32,070 nt of DNA from Bigelowiella natans CCMP2755 (taxonomy: Eukaryota > Protista > Cercozoa): contig ADNK01003347.1 in assembly GCA_000320545.1 (NCBI GenBank), forward strand, positions 1-32,070. Direction: 5' to 3'. Under the pieces are notes generated by a model. The model had not been told where the DNA came from, made no database searches, and saw only the letters and a program-made list of their open reading frames with translations. Every line of letters starts with the position of its first letter. Position 1 is the stretch's first letter. This document shows, piece by piece, positions 1 through 11,530 of this stretch. The position numbers and the translations under genes are program-made.

Positions 1-31
<31 letters not shown>

Positions 32-133
32 ATAAGCCAACCGAATAATCGTACTTTAGTGTTGCGGATAAGGCAAAGATGAATATTATATGGGCGACAA
101 CCCAGGTGACGTAAGATAACACACAAACACACA

Positions 134-203
<70 letters not shown>

Positions 204-885
204 ATAATGCACAAAAAATACAATATGTACATGTATAATAAATACATAGAAAGAACTGTTCGAAAATCTTGGGAAGTACGGCTCGAAAAAAAACATCTTA
301 CACACCAAGCTCGCAGGAAGCAAGGATGTCTGCAATAAGGTACGAGGCAAACCGACGCCAACAAAAGAAGCGGAAAATTGACCGTAAGTATGGTGTGAGG
401 CAAGATAGAACAATAGCATCGGGGATATGTTGTCGTTTGTTGGTTTGGTTTGTCCATATCACCTAATCCTCCCAATCCCCCCCTCCCACCCTTCACTCTG
501 TCTCCGCTGTGCTTCAATGGGCTTCTAGGTTGCCTTTGCTAGGCAGATGAACCGAGCGAAACGGTTATGCGACACAGACAGTCGATGCCTGTATGACTTT
601 TGGCCCAGAACATTCATTCTTCCAGACGAATGGGACGAAATGCAAGCGTTCGAGGAACAGAGGGAGAAGAAGAAGAAGAAGAAGAAGAAGAAGAATAGAC
701 AACAGGAGCGGCAAACACACAGGGGGGAAGGAGATGGACGCGGCGATCCAGATGAGGATGGGGGAAAAGAAGACGAGGAGGTCCTTCAACTCTACGTCTT
801 TGTCTGAACATAAACATAAGAACTTACAACACACAAATACACACACACACACACACAAATACACACACACACACACACACATACA

Positions 886-945
<60 letters not shown>
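1..945. repeat. Intronic compound microsatellites (AG)n, (AC)n, (AT)n and a coding (AAG)n poly-Lys tract at ~667-693
   Basis: Directly visible at 1-28, 120-197 and 838-945. Similar tracts at 4707-4740, 5013-5080, 13443-13476, 14760-14900, 27645-27726, 29836-30052 and 30785-30862. Confidence 0.95.
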
Positions 946-950
<5 letters not shown>

Positions 951-3556
951 TAAACTATAGAATTGTTGTTATTACATCTTCTATGGCATGCATTTCTTTC
1001 AACGAAACTACAACCCTAATTCTCCCATCAACACCATCATCACCGTCACGACCACCTTCAGACGCCTGACAAGTCAGAGAGGGAGGGGAAGCGCTCTAAC
1101 GATGCTGCTGCTGCCGCCATCCCTCGGAAAGAGAAGACGAAGGCGAAGAGGATAGAAAAAACGGACAAGAAGAAACCGCACTTTCCAGCGCCCTCCGCAT
1201 CTTCATTTTCTTCATGTTGGATTGTCAAACCGGATTGCGGCGCGCAGGGGGATGGCATATACCTGGCCGAATCTATCGAAGATATTGAGCGACGCCGCCC
1301 CTCGGGCTCGACGTGCTACGTGGCGCAAGAGTATCTTTCCGACCCCCTTCTGATAAGCGGGTGCGTGCGTGAGGAAGAGGCGTTTGAGACGCGGTCGTGA
1401 GGGGAGGGTATCTTCTATGCTTGTTTGGTTTTTCCCAGCAGCGGCAGATACCTACTTCTGGATGGTGTTTGCTTTTCACTACTTATAGCAGCTTTTTCAG
1501 TCGTAAAGATGTTGTCTTCTGTAGCTTCTGACTATCGATCAGCCCTTGAAACTCTGAACCCCTCACCGCTCACTCCCCCCTCCTCCATCCCTTTTTCCTT
1601 CTGTTCCCCTCTCTCTCTCTCTCACGCTCTCTCTCTCTCTCTTTCGCTGCGGGATGTGTTGTGATAAATTGGGCAATTAGCTACAAGTTTGACCTACGTG
1701 TCTACGTGCTGGTGGCGTCCTTGAATCCCCTCGAGGCATATGTGCGTAAGGAGTGACAGTGATATATCCACCCCCCCCCCCCTCTCTATCTTCAATCTCT
1801 CCCTGAGTGCGTATGGGGGTGTGCGATAAACAATACCATGCTGAAAGCGGACTCGACAGATGACGACTAACACGCGCAGTGCTCGCAGGTATGCAAAGAA
1901 GGCCTTGGCCGCTTGAGCACCAAACAGTATCAGCCCCCAAACAAAGGTACGGTTGTTGCGCAAATAGTAGAGGTCATGCACGGAGGAGTCTTTCTGAGAG
2001 TCTGTGTAACACGTGCCTTCAGGAAACGTCGGTGTCAGCACCATGCACCTCACCAACTATAGTCTCAACAAGAGAAGCGAAGACTTCGTCCACGGGGAGG
2101 AGGGGAACAAACGGCTGCTCAGCGCTGTGCTGGACACGATAGCTGAAAAGGAGGCCAGCAATGGAGGATCTTTCAATGCTGAGTCAGGTTGTTTGCGCCC
2201 GCACCATCTGGCCGATTTCTCCGTGTGAGTCTATGCACGTTGCTAGAGGATCTCGAGCGCAGCTTTAGGAAAAAGCGCACCCATGCATCCACTCTGTTGT
2301 CATCGCTATCACCATCACCATCACCACCATCATCATCATCACCACCACCACCATTTTCATGTTTACTTATTTATCCTCCGGTGTTAGTATGGGCTGGGAT
2401 CTTATCGCTCGTTGGCGAGACATTGCGCGCAATCCGCCCTGTCCTGCTCGACGCCGCCGAAGACGCCGCGATGATCATCGAAGGAGACAGCTTGAAAGGG
2501 CGGCGAAGCCTGGCTGAAGGCATGGGCAGCGGCCGGTGCTTCCAGATTCTCGGATTCGACATCATGCTCGACCGACAGGGCAGGCCCCACTTAATAGAAG
2601 TCAACAACTCCCCGTCCATGAATGCTGAGGAGGTCTTGCCGCTAGCATCGCTGAAGACGAAGGAGAAAACGGAGATAAAAGCCGAGGGAGCAAAGCCGGC
2701 GTCGTCATCGACCTCCTTGCCGGCACCTTTGCACCCCAAGAAAAGCAGCGAGAACCCGCCTGCTTCTTCTCCTGATTTGGCGTCTTCGCGACCGTGGTAC
2801 ATGGAAGATCACGGCGTAGGCCCTCGCTGTGAGTGCAAAGAGTGTCTGGGTTGGCATGTTCACCGCATCTGCCCGGTTGACGTCACTGCTAAGAGGCGTG
2901 CGATGACTGGGGCGCTCGGATGTGTACTCAACCGCTGCCGGGCCATTTCTAACAAATCTGGGAAGAAGGCGAATGGCAGCCGCATTCTTGGAGAGGCGGT
3001 GGAAAAGTACTACTATCGAGTGGACGAGGACAGACGTGCAGAAGCGCTGTCTATTACACCAGGAAGCATCGATGGAGGGTGCGCCTATTCAGCCTCCTCA
3101 GCGCTCGAGCTAGTGCGCCAGCTGTTCGAGCATGTCGCTGGACGGCATCGTGCCCTCAATGCCTTCAAGTTTCGAAAAGCGCTGCAACTTGCTGGTATCC
3201 TTGCGAGCAGGCGAACTTCGACGAGGGGGGGGCGGAAGGAGGGGAAGGTGGCTGGGAATGACCACGTAGGACGAAATGAAACAGCACGAAACCAGCCCGA
3301 GAAGGCACCGGAGCCGGCGCCGAACGACGCAGATATGATTTCTTCAAAGCTGGTGCTGTTGCATCCGGACGATGTCGATGCGATGTTCAAGCGGGCACGG
3401 ATGAAGTCGGCCAGTGGATATGTGCAGTTTCCGGAGTTCACCGACCTCATCATCACAGCCATTGAGCAGGCTTGCAGAGATTTCAAAAAGGCTAGTGAGA
3501 GAGATGCGGCACGGAGAGCCTGCTTTGATGGCATTAAGGCGGCGATCCATCTCTAA
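60..3556 (+). CDS. Tubulin-tyrosine-ligase-like polyglutamylase, TTLL11-like (5' part outside window)
   Basis: Exons ~60-105, 250-339, 529-~780/795, 1062-1360, 1681-1741, 1889-1946, 2023-2187 and 2388-3556 join in phase at GT-AG. They give the TTL motifs FWPRTFILPDE, WIVKPDCGAQGDGIYL, VAQEYLSDPLLISGYKFDLRVYVLV, KEGLGR, MHLTNYSLNK and CFQILGFDIMLD..GRPHLIEVNNSPSM. The C-terminal CxC..HxH..VD and 'DVDAMF..F.EF' helical region resemble TTLL11. Confidence 0.9.
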
Positions 3557-4205
3557 GAATCGTCGCTAAAAACTCAGTAAGGTTTGCATGGAATAGGCGA
3601 GATCTCATTGCTCTAAATTTGTACTACGATGCAATGTGCGAAGCAGCTTCATTAGTGCATAAGTGCGGTCGCTGTGCGGTACGCTCGAGGGTGTAATTTC
3701 CATTACACGCACGTGCCTTGCACGATCGCGGTGACAATGATGATGCGAATGCTTGAAACAAGTTTTCATGCTGCAGCCACAGCTAGGACCCAACTAGCCA
3801 ATGCAAGCGCAGGCATCGTGGCAGCGCCATTGCCATGATTGTGATTCACATTGCCCATCAAGCATGCTAGCATGACAACATCTGCCAGACATGAACATGC
3901 CATCGCAAGTGGCAGCAACAGCTGCGTGCAATCTTCGCGTGAAGCATGCACGTGCTGGGCGATGCCAGGAAACGTCACACAAGTAATGACGTCAAGCAAT
4001 AATGCTAGAATGATTAATGCCGTCGAGATCAGGAATTCAACAGAGATGGTGATTGAAAAGTTATGTGCAGAAATTTGTTACGTTCTAGACGTTTATAATC
4101 GTATGTGGTGCGTTGCTATTTCTTGCCATCCTCTGCTATATCATCTTGAACAAATATGTCTGCTGTGATGCGGTGTACTAGGCACGATACGCACGCGCCA
4201 ACATG

Positions 4206-4699
4206 CTACTTCAGCGCCGAGCGTATGAGCTCGAGGTGGCGAGGAAGCAGCTCCTTGACTTGTACACGGAAGGTACCCCGAGGCGTCTTTGCGCCTGGCG
4301 CGCCAAAGTAGCACGGCGTAAAATAGATCGGCGCGTTCGGATACGTTTCACAGCGCACCCGCTCAGGCCGTCCATTGCTATACATGCGTCCTGTGGGAAC
4401 CTCCAGCCACCAGTGGGAGAAATTGCAGGCCACGCCAGGCTTTCCACGCATGCCGACCACGATTGATGACGGGGATGGTGTTGAGCTTGACGAAGGGGAT
4501 GATGATGATGATGAAGCAGAATAATCTCCTGCCTGCGTATCGTTGGTGATGGGGACCATGCCAGCCATCTTCACCGCGAGGCGCATCACGTCCTCGGCCA
4601 CGAGCAGCTCAAGATCCTGTTCGATCGTGGAATGGAAAGGCCACAAAGCGCTCTCTCTCAGCATCATCGACACTCATATCGTAGACACGTAGGCACTCC

Positions 4700-4742
<43 letters not shown>

Positions 4743-6067
4743 AGGAAGAGAGAATCAAGTATGTTTATGTATAACATTCCACTCCTCGGCCTGTGCGGCG
4801 GCGCTATTACCTTGCCCTTCCTCTCCCAGTCCTCCTTCTTTAGCTTACCAACGCGCTTTAGGTGTCGTGCGGTGATGGCATCTATCTCCTTCACCACTTG
4901 AGGCCCAAATGACTTTAGAACCTTCGCACATCGTCTCTGAACGGCAATGTACGATACCGTTTTCCAAGGCTACATATGGGAGGTAGAAGATTGCGAGTGT
5001 GCGTCATTTCATGTAGTAGTAGTAGTAGTAGTAGTAGCAGCAGCAGTAGTGGTAGTAGAAGTAGCAGTATTAGTTGTAGTAGACAATGGTTTGTGATGCT
5101 TCGTACTTGTATATCTACGATATACACCTCCGAAATTCTCCCCCCACCCCCACTCTTCACTTCGTCCACCGCATATTTTTTATACGGGGGTCCACCTTTC
5201 CCTCACTCCTCCAGGGATGCTTGCTGCGCTCTGCTACCGAAATCCAGTCAAACAATGCAGGCGGCCAGGAGCTAAAGTCGTCATCATATCCTAAGTCACC
5301 AGCACATAGCGCCCAATTGAAGCACGACGCCGAGGAAGCGAGGTTCTCCGGGCCTGATTCATGCATAGTAGCAATATATGTTCGGCGTTGCACTGCGATT
5401 CGTGAGGCTTGATGCGACAGCTGCACGTACCCCATACAATGTCCCGGGTCCTCTCGATCCTATGAAGCGCATGTAGAGCTAGCTTTTTCAGCGCTTGGTT
5501 ATCGGCCATCGTTACGTTCAGTAGCTTTTTGGTTTCGGATGGGGGTTTCTTCGTTGCTACATGTGGAGTTCCCCCCTCATCACCCCCGGCATCCTCGGCC
5601 CGTTTAGTGTCGCTCTTCCACGAGTCAGTATCAGATATCACACTCATTAGCGTCTCCCATGGCTCCGTGCGCTCCCCCAACGCTCCACCTACCAAAGCCG
5701 TGAAGCAGGGGGAGGGCACTGATGACATTCAATCTCCGACAGAGATGACAAACAAAGCTGCAGCAGCCCTGACTTTTGCGTGGGAGACAAGTATAGAATG
5801 GCAACAAAATCTACCTGAGAGCGTTGCTGGCTCGGACGAGGAGGAATGGCGGGCCGAGGCAGCCGCTTTGTCAACCATTTCATCCGACTTTTCGGATAGC
5901 GTTCGAGCGAGTGAGGGAAGAGACTTTGGAACGGGTTCCTCAGGGCCAAGGTCAGATTCCTCGTCAATGACTACATTACTAATATTTCTAGCTCCCTTGC
6001 TGTTGCTGTCCGTTGGCGCTTCCTCGTTATCTCCGACCGCCGACCTGCTGTTGGCGCTGCTCTCCAT
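4206..6067 (-). CDS. Hypothetical protein, ~412 aa, 5 exons, disordered N-terminus
   Basis: ATG at 6067. Phase-consistent exons 6067-5815, 5688-5431, 5353-5196, 4969-4811 and 4616-4206 (1239 nt). Two introns hold (TAG)n and (AG)n microsatellites. No family recognised. Confidence 0.65.
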
Positions 6068-6632
6068 TGTCACTCGTCGTCCGGATTGTGAGTTACTACT
6101 CTCGTCGTCAGCGGTTTGAAAAAAATGAGATGATTTTTAAAACAAATTGTGATGATTTCGATGCTGCGTCACATCCATAAGCTTGTCGCAGTCTAAATAA
6201 TGCCGAGCATTTTCAGGAAAAATCGAAGAAAAATCGACACATACACCCCTCAAGTTGTGTGTGCTTTGGTGATAAAAATCAATTCAATTTTTTTCAAGAA
6301 TCGTTGTTATGATCGATGTTCAATACAAATCTAAGAGGAAAAGCCACCCTCGTGACTCAAAACCCCCCCGCCCACCACCGCATCGCGAGCCAATGGGGTG
6401 CAACTCGAGAGGGTCACTCGAGTTTTTCACTAGAGCAAGTGAAAGAAACGAAGGACTGACTCACCCGTCTCTCAGGGGCTCCAAGTCCAACCTTTGGTGG
6501 GCCAAAGAAATCTTTCGACGGAAAAGCGCTCTCTTCTTGGTGCCCTTCCTGCGCAAAGGAGTTTCGCAAAATGATGAACAACTGATGAGCACAGAATGTT
6601 CCAACCCGACGTTTATTCGCGATAAACGTACA

Positions 6633-7092
6633 ATTGGATTGGTCCTAGATGTTTTTCCCCTGCATATTGATGATCTGTGACAAGACGTTTTATGAAGGAG
6701 GGTACCCGTAGCAACTTGTCATTGAAACGAATTTTGTTAGGAGCTAAAACTTTTCTTCAGTTATGAAACTGCGGGATTTATAGACAGTTTTTCGAGGATG
6801 AGGGTGGGTATTGTAGGGTTCATGGCTGAAATCGCATGAATTCCAGTTTTGCGTCAATGTCTCGACAAAACGGACAACGTTATGTTTCTCCAGACAAAAA
6901 GCTCCCCAAAACCCAAATGTGCACATGCATCTGGAACGTTCTAGCTTCGTACGAGTAGTGCACGATGAACGCAAGATTGGATTGGTTTTGGATGTATTCC
7001 CCCTGCATATTAATGATCTGTGACAAAAGACGTTTCGTCAAGGAGAGTGCTCGTAGCAACTTATAGAAACGAATTTTGTAAGGGGCTGAGCT
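6633..7092. repeat. Diverged ~115-bp direct repeat (6633-~6746 and 6976-~7092) in a divergent intergenic region
   Basis: attggattggtcctagatgtttttcccctgcatattgatgatctgtgacaagacgttt...cgtagcaactt...gaattttgt versus attggattggttttggatgtattccccctgcatattaatgatctgtgacaaaagacgttt...cgtagcaactt...gaattttgt. Confidence 0.85.
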
Positions 7093-7253
7093 AGACACCA
7101 TAACTCAAAACTACTCAAGTTCGCAGACAGCTCGCCAAGGTACGGCTTCGGCTTCGGCTCCCTAGCGTCCAGACTGCTATTCGTCGTGAGAAGATATAAT
7201 ATTGCTCACATTCCCCTTTGCGGAAGTAACGTTTTCATTTTTTGTCTCAGATC

Positions 7254-9585
7254 ATGGATTCACTCAAGCCAACTCAGCAGCAAATGACAATCGCTCGCAA
7301 GCGCCTTCCAATTTTCGAATTTCTGTCTGATGCCGATCTCAAGCAAGTCCTTTGCTTCTCGAGCCCATCTGAGGCTAATTCGTTTGGGCTCTTCCCCAAG
7401 ATCGCAACTTTTTCAACCGTGGTCGTCGATCCTGAGACTGAATCGATCATCGGGGTTAAGAACTGTGCTGGCAAAGCTGGTGAAGAGATGATATTTTTGA
7501 AGCCTATAAATACGAAAGGACGTCACCCACTTGATTGGATTTGTGACGTAATTGCCACGGTTCCCGTGGAGATGCGAGCCCAGTTTTTAGCTGCCTGGGA
7601 GGGTATGCAGAACCTGAAAGGTGAAAGGAACAAAAGCAGGGGATACAATTCGCAAGAGCTGTCCGAGTTTCCCGAACCAATTGTTCTATTGCTCCTACGA
7701 GTTAAGTTCACGCAGGATGTCGACGCAGCACTCCGCAGCGGCAAGCTCCAGTCTCTTCAGAGCTTGGATAAGTGCCTAATGCAGAGGATATTTCAGATCT
7801 CCATGACTGTGAGAGATCAAGCGAAGAAGATATCTCGAAAAGGATCGAGCATAATTACCTTGTTGTTTGGACAAGTACGGCAACTCAGAAAGCTAATCAA
7901 GTATGCTAAGATTTCCACTTACGTCGCGACTTGGGAATTTTGGAGGTCTCAGCTGCGTTATTATGTCAAAGCCAGTGGCAATGCCGCTAATATCGAGGAA
8001 AAGTACAACTCAAAGGAGAATTCGATCACGAAAACTATTCTAAGCGTTCGCTGCGGTGAATCTGTCGAAATTCCTTATGGCTTCCAATATGGCAGTCACA
8101 GAATGCTTGTGCAGACTGATCTTACCCATGAAGCTTACGCCACGGCGATGAGCGCTTTTGAGGCCGGAAAGAATAGACTGGTGGTAGTCAACGGGCCAGT
8201 GGGAACAGGGAAAATTGAGGTCTTGAAAGATCTGGCAAATGCGCTTGGCATCAACTGCTATCTGTACAAGCATTGTAGCAGCAGGAAAAGTGACCATTCG
8301 GCTTTAATTTTGGCTGTGAGTCGAAACCCGAACATGATGTTCTTGTTCGAAGGATTGGATAAAGAAGGTGCCGAGGTGATCCAGGCAATTACTTCTGCCA
8401 ACGATGAGAAAGATATTGCTACTCGTACTGGTCTTATTTGTGTTGTTGGAAACCTTGATAAAAAGGAAGTAAAAGAGTCGCTCGGAAGTCTCCCAGCTTG
8501 TGCAACTCAGATGATGACGACACCAGACCTTGTTCGTATATACGAGGTAATTGCCTCACAGTATAATCATTGATGTGTGGAATTGCTACAACACAAGCAT
8601 CAGCACTTAAATTTTACTTCTTTTTCAGTTTGAATTATGGCATTGATTTGTTGTTGTTTGTCATTTTGGCCAGGTGATGCTTGCTATCGAAGGATTCACC
8701 ACTCCCGAAACGGTTGCGGTTGAATTGAATAATTTCTTAGTAAAGGCCCGAGAAACTTTCTCCGAGAAATCTTGGTACGATTACGGTCTCCGCACTGCCA
8801 AGGTTCTCATTAAGACTGCTGGTGCATTTCTTCGATCTTCTAGATCAATTAAGGATGAAGCAGAGGCGAAAAAAGAACGGAAAGGTCTCCATGATGCCTT
8901 GTGCGCCTCAATCCTACCGTCCTTGGTTCCTGCGGATCTTACTTTGGCGTCTGGCCAGCTTCATGCACAATTCCCTACATTTCCACCATTTCCTTCGAAT
9001 AAAAACGACACGAGAGGCGTCGAAGAGCTGATGTCTATGCTATCAAAGTCGGATGCCAAGAAAATGACAAAGCTGAAAGGTGATGTAGGAACGAAGTTCA
9101 GTATGATCCAATTTTCAGTCATGTCCAAGATCCGTCACGGATTGCTTGCACTAAGCGATTCACCGAAGTACTTGCTACATGCACTCTCGACACTCGCATC
9201 ACTGGTTGGTGTCAATTTCTCACTGATCAACCACGACAATCTGACTACTGCTGAGCTCTACGGCGCCATGACGGAGGATGGGGAGTGGCAACGTGGAGTT
9301 CTTGCAGAACGCATGATGTCTGCTGCGAATAAAGACGGAGCTCCTACCTGGATCGTGTTGGAAGGTAAAATGGATCAAGTGAAGCTGCAACCACTCTATT
9401 CTATTCTTGACGACAACAGAAAGTTGTTCCAGGAAAATGGAAGTGTCGTTTCTTTGCCAAAAAACGCCAATGTGGTCCTGATCAGTACGCCTGATGAAGT
9501 TGCCAAGTGGAAACCTGCAGCTATATCGCGTGTGGGAGTCGTTCACTTTATCGATAATGAATCAGGCCGCTGTTCCGTGATGTGA
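7254..9585 (+). CDS. Truncated dynein heavy chain-like protein (linker C-terminal part + AAA1 + lid + AAA2), 734 aa, C-terminal CaaX (CSVM)
   Basis: Exons 7254-8546 and 8674-9585. The intron gtaatt...ggccag joins YE|VMLAIEGF. Dynein-like motifs: RKRLPIFEFLSDADL (cf. R..FPRFYFLSD.DL), FWRSQLRYY, YGFQYG..LVQTDLT, GPVGTGKIEVLKDLANALG, PDLVRIYEVML..EGF, YDYGLR, RHGL, ELYG...GEWQRGVL, WIVLEG.MD, ILDDNRKL..ENG, PAAISRVGVV. Probable 5'UTR intron at 7140-7250. Confidence 0.88.
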
Positions 9586-10027
9586 GCAAACGACAAATTA
9601 TCCAAAGAATGAAAACAGCAGTTACGACAAAAATGCTGTGTCGTTCGAGCATTCCATCGTTTGTTGTTGTGATGTCAAAATTGTAATCATGGAAATCAAT
9701 TTAAATAATAGACATAGTAATATCATATATAATATATATGGTTGTGCTAAACTGTGTACGCGAATAGATAAAGCCTTAATGGCAATATTAAAGTACAAAA
9801 ACGCGTAAATCTTAAGCATTAGCTTTATAATGAGAACTAGTTGGTGAAGCTGGCATGGTTTAAATCTGGTAGCATGGCTCAGATCCAGGCATATAGATTG
9901 TTATATAGCAACATCATCTTAGCCTCACAATATACCACATACATGTATATATACATACATATATGATGCAATCAATCATACGACTTCATCATCGCACCCT
10001 CTGCTTAATGATCGCTTTTCAAGAAAA

Positions 10028-10414
10028 ATGTCCTTTCCTTCAAAGAAGCGTCGAATGGAGCTTTCCTGTGACAACAAAGATTCACAGGACGTAAAAAAGC
10101 TTGAGCAGACAATTCTAGATCTTCAGGTGGAAAACAAAGACATGGAGAGAAGGATTGTGGATCTTGAGTTGGAAAACAAAGACATGGAGAAAAGGATCAT
10201 GGATTGTGAGTCCGAACAAAAACGTTTAGAGGAAGATTTGGAGAACAATGAGGCTCACATCAAACATCTTGAGAAACAAATCAATCCCAACAAACACAAA
10301 GAGACCGACGAAAAATCGGTGCAGGACAGCGACGAAAGCATTTGCTCTTTTCATTCATGGCGTCATGAAGACCTGTCCAGTGTCTTCTCTGATCAAATCA
10401 CAGACGGGAGTTGA
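10028..10414 (+). CDS. Small intronless coiled-coil protein with basic NLS-like N-terminus (possibly mutated relic)
   Basis: 128-aa ORF, PSKKRR at the N-terminus, duplicated heptad unit DLQVENKDMERRIV / DLELENKDMEKRIM, zero Tyr, TGA stop. Confidence 0.5.
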   Translation: MSFPSKKRRMELSCDNKDSQDVKKLEQTILDLQVENKDMERRIVDLELENKDMEKRIMDCESEQKRLEEDLENNEAHIKHLEKQINPNKHKETDEKSVQDSDESICSFHSWRHEDLSSVFSDQITDGS

Positions 10415-10655
10415 AAGTGACCCAAATGGACTGTCAAATGCATGAAGGTTGTCATCACGCTCATTTTCTTTCACACTTCATGCCCACAGCAAGCATGTGC
10501 CAGATTGAAGCGCAGCGCTGCGCAGCACAGCTTCAAATGACGCTTCATTGTCTTGGCGCAATGTTCAATGGTTTGGCATCAATCGCGCGTCGCTGCGTCA
10601 CTCAGTGCAGTCAAGAAATTGTCAGCGTGCTTCTGTCCAATGTCGCTCCTAATGC

Positions 10656-10871
10656 AAGCCACGTGGCTTTGCATTGGGATCATTTTTGACGTGTCTGCAT
10701 GGCTTTTCCTGGGTCAGCCACGTGGCTTGCAGAGAAGTTGAAGTGAGTGCACCACATGGTGTTTCCTGGGTCAGCCACGTGGCTCATTGAGAAGTCCAGG
10801 TGAGTGCATCACATGGCTTTGCCGGGGTCCACCACGTGGCTCATTGAGAACACTGGTCAAAAGCCACGTGG
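10656..10871. repeat. Tandem ~57-bp repeats carrying five palindromic CCACGTGG (G-box/E-box) cores
   Basis: Cores near 10659, 10718, 10775, 10832 and 10864. Unit approximately catggcttttcctgggtcagccacgtggct..gagaagt...gtgagtgca.ca. Perfect 14-bp palindrome AAGCCACGTGGCTT at 10656-10669. Confidence 0.85.
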
Positions 10872-10969
10872 TTCATTCTGTTGAAATCCAAGGTGCGGCC
10901 CCTCACTTCCTCTTCAACCAAAGTCCTCACAACTCAAACCCCTCACCTACCTACCCAACCCAAAACATC

Positions 10970-11530
10970 ATGGTGATGTCCAGGAAAAGAAAAGCCGACC
11001 GAGTTCCCGACCGAGTTCCAAACGTTTTCCCGCCGTGGATGGTGATTGATCTCACGAACAGTGACAGTGAGGACGAGGAGGAAAACAAAACCATTGACCA
11101 ATTTGCAGAAGAGGTCCGTCGTGAAAGGCTTCGTGCAAAAGCGCCGGTGAGGCCTGCACTGAAAGGATCCGGATCAACTGAAAATGCAGCTGAAGAGGAG
11201 AAGATCAAGTGTGTGCTGCCTGATGAACTCAAGAAGTGTTTGCATCATGCCCAGACTTGCAAATCTTCATCCAAAGCTCAATTGCGGAGATTCAAAGAAG
11301 AGACATTCGAACCACATTTTGAATGCAATGACGAGGACAATGGACATGAGACCATGGTCCATCTCTACAAGACAAGAGAAAAAATGACAAAAGAGGATGC
11401 CATGGATCTTGGGAGAGTTTTTGATGACAGACATGAAACTGAAAGTGACACAGATGCAAATTCTGAACAATTTGTCCTCATCACGCTTGACATCAACCTC
11501 TGTGTGTGTTGCATCATGAAATTCAAATGA
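10970..11530 (+). CDS. Intronless nuclear-type hypothetical protein (NLS + SUMO-interacting-motif-like), possibly hypermutated relic
   Basis: 186 aa from ATG 10970. SRKRK followed by VIDLTNSDSEDEEE. Composition is 1 Tyr versus 7 Cys and 6 His. Confidence 0.5.
   Translation: MVMSRKRKADRVPDRVPNVFPPWMVIDLTNSDSEDEEENKTIDQFAEEVRRERLRAKAPVRPALKGSGSTENAAEEEKIKCVLPDELKKCLHHAQTCKSSSKAQLRRFKEETFEPHFECNDEDNGHETMVHLYKTREKMTKEDAMDLGRVFDDRHETESDTDANSEQFVLITLDINLCVCCIMKFK

Noticed and set aside
86-946. ORFs with CVCV/THTH/SLSL/ERER runs (also ~14670-14954 and 29663-30959)
   Set aside because: Translations of intronic dinucleotide microsatellites.
5529-6119. 196-aa plus-strand ORF (and 17445-18155)
   Set aside because: Antisense shadows of genes on the opposite strand.
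9711-9730. Minus-strand TGATATTAC resembling a CRESS-virus nonanucleotide
   Set aside because: Does not fit NANTATTAC, has no convincing stem and there is no Rep gene.
10656-10871. CRISPR-like regularly spaced palindromes
   Set aside because: The 'spacers' are similar to each other (tandem repeat), the context is eukaryotic and there are no cas genes.
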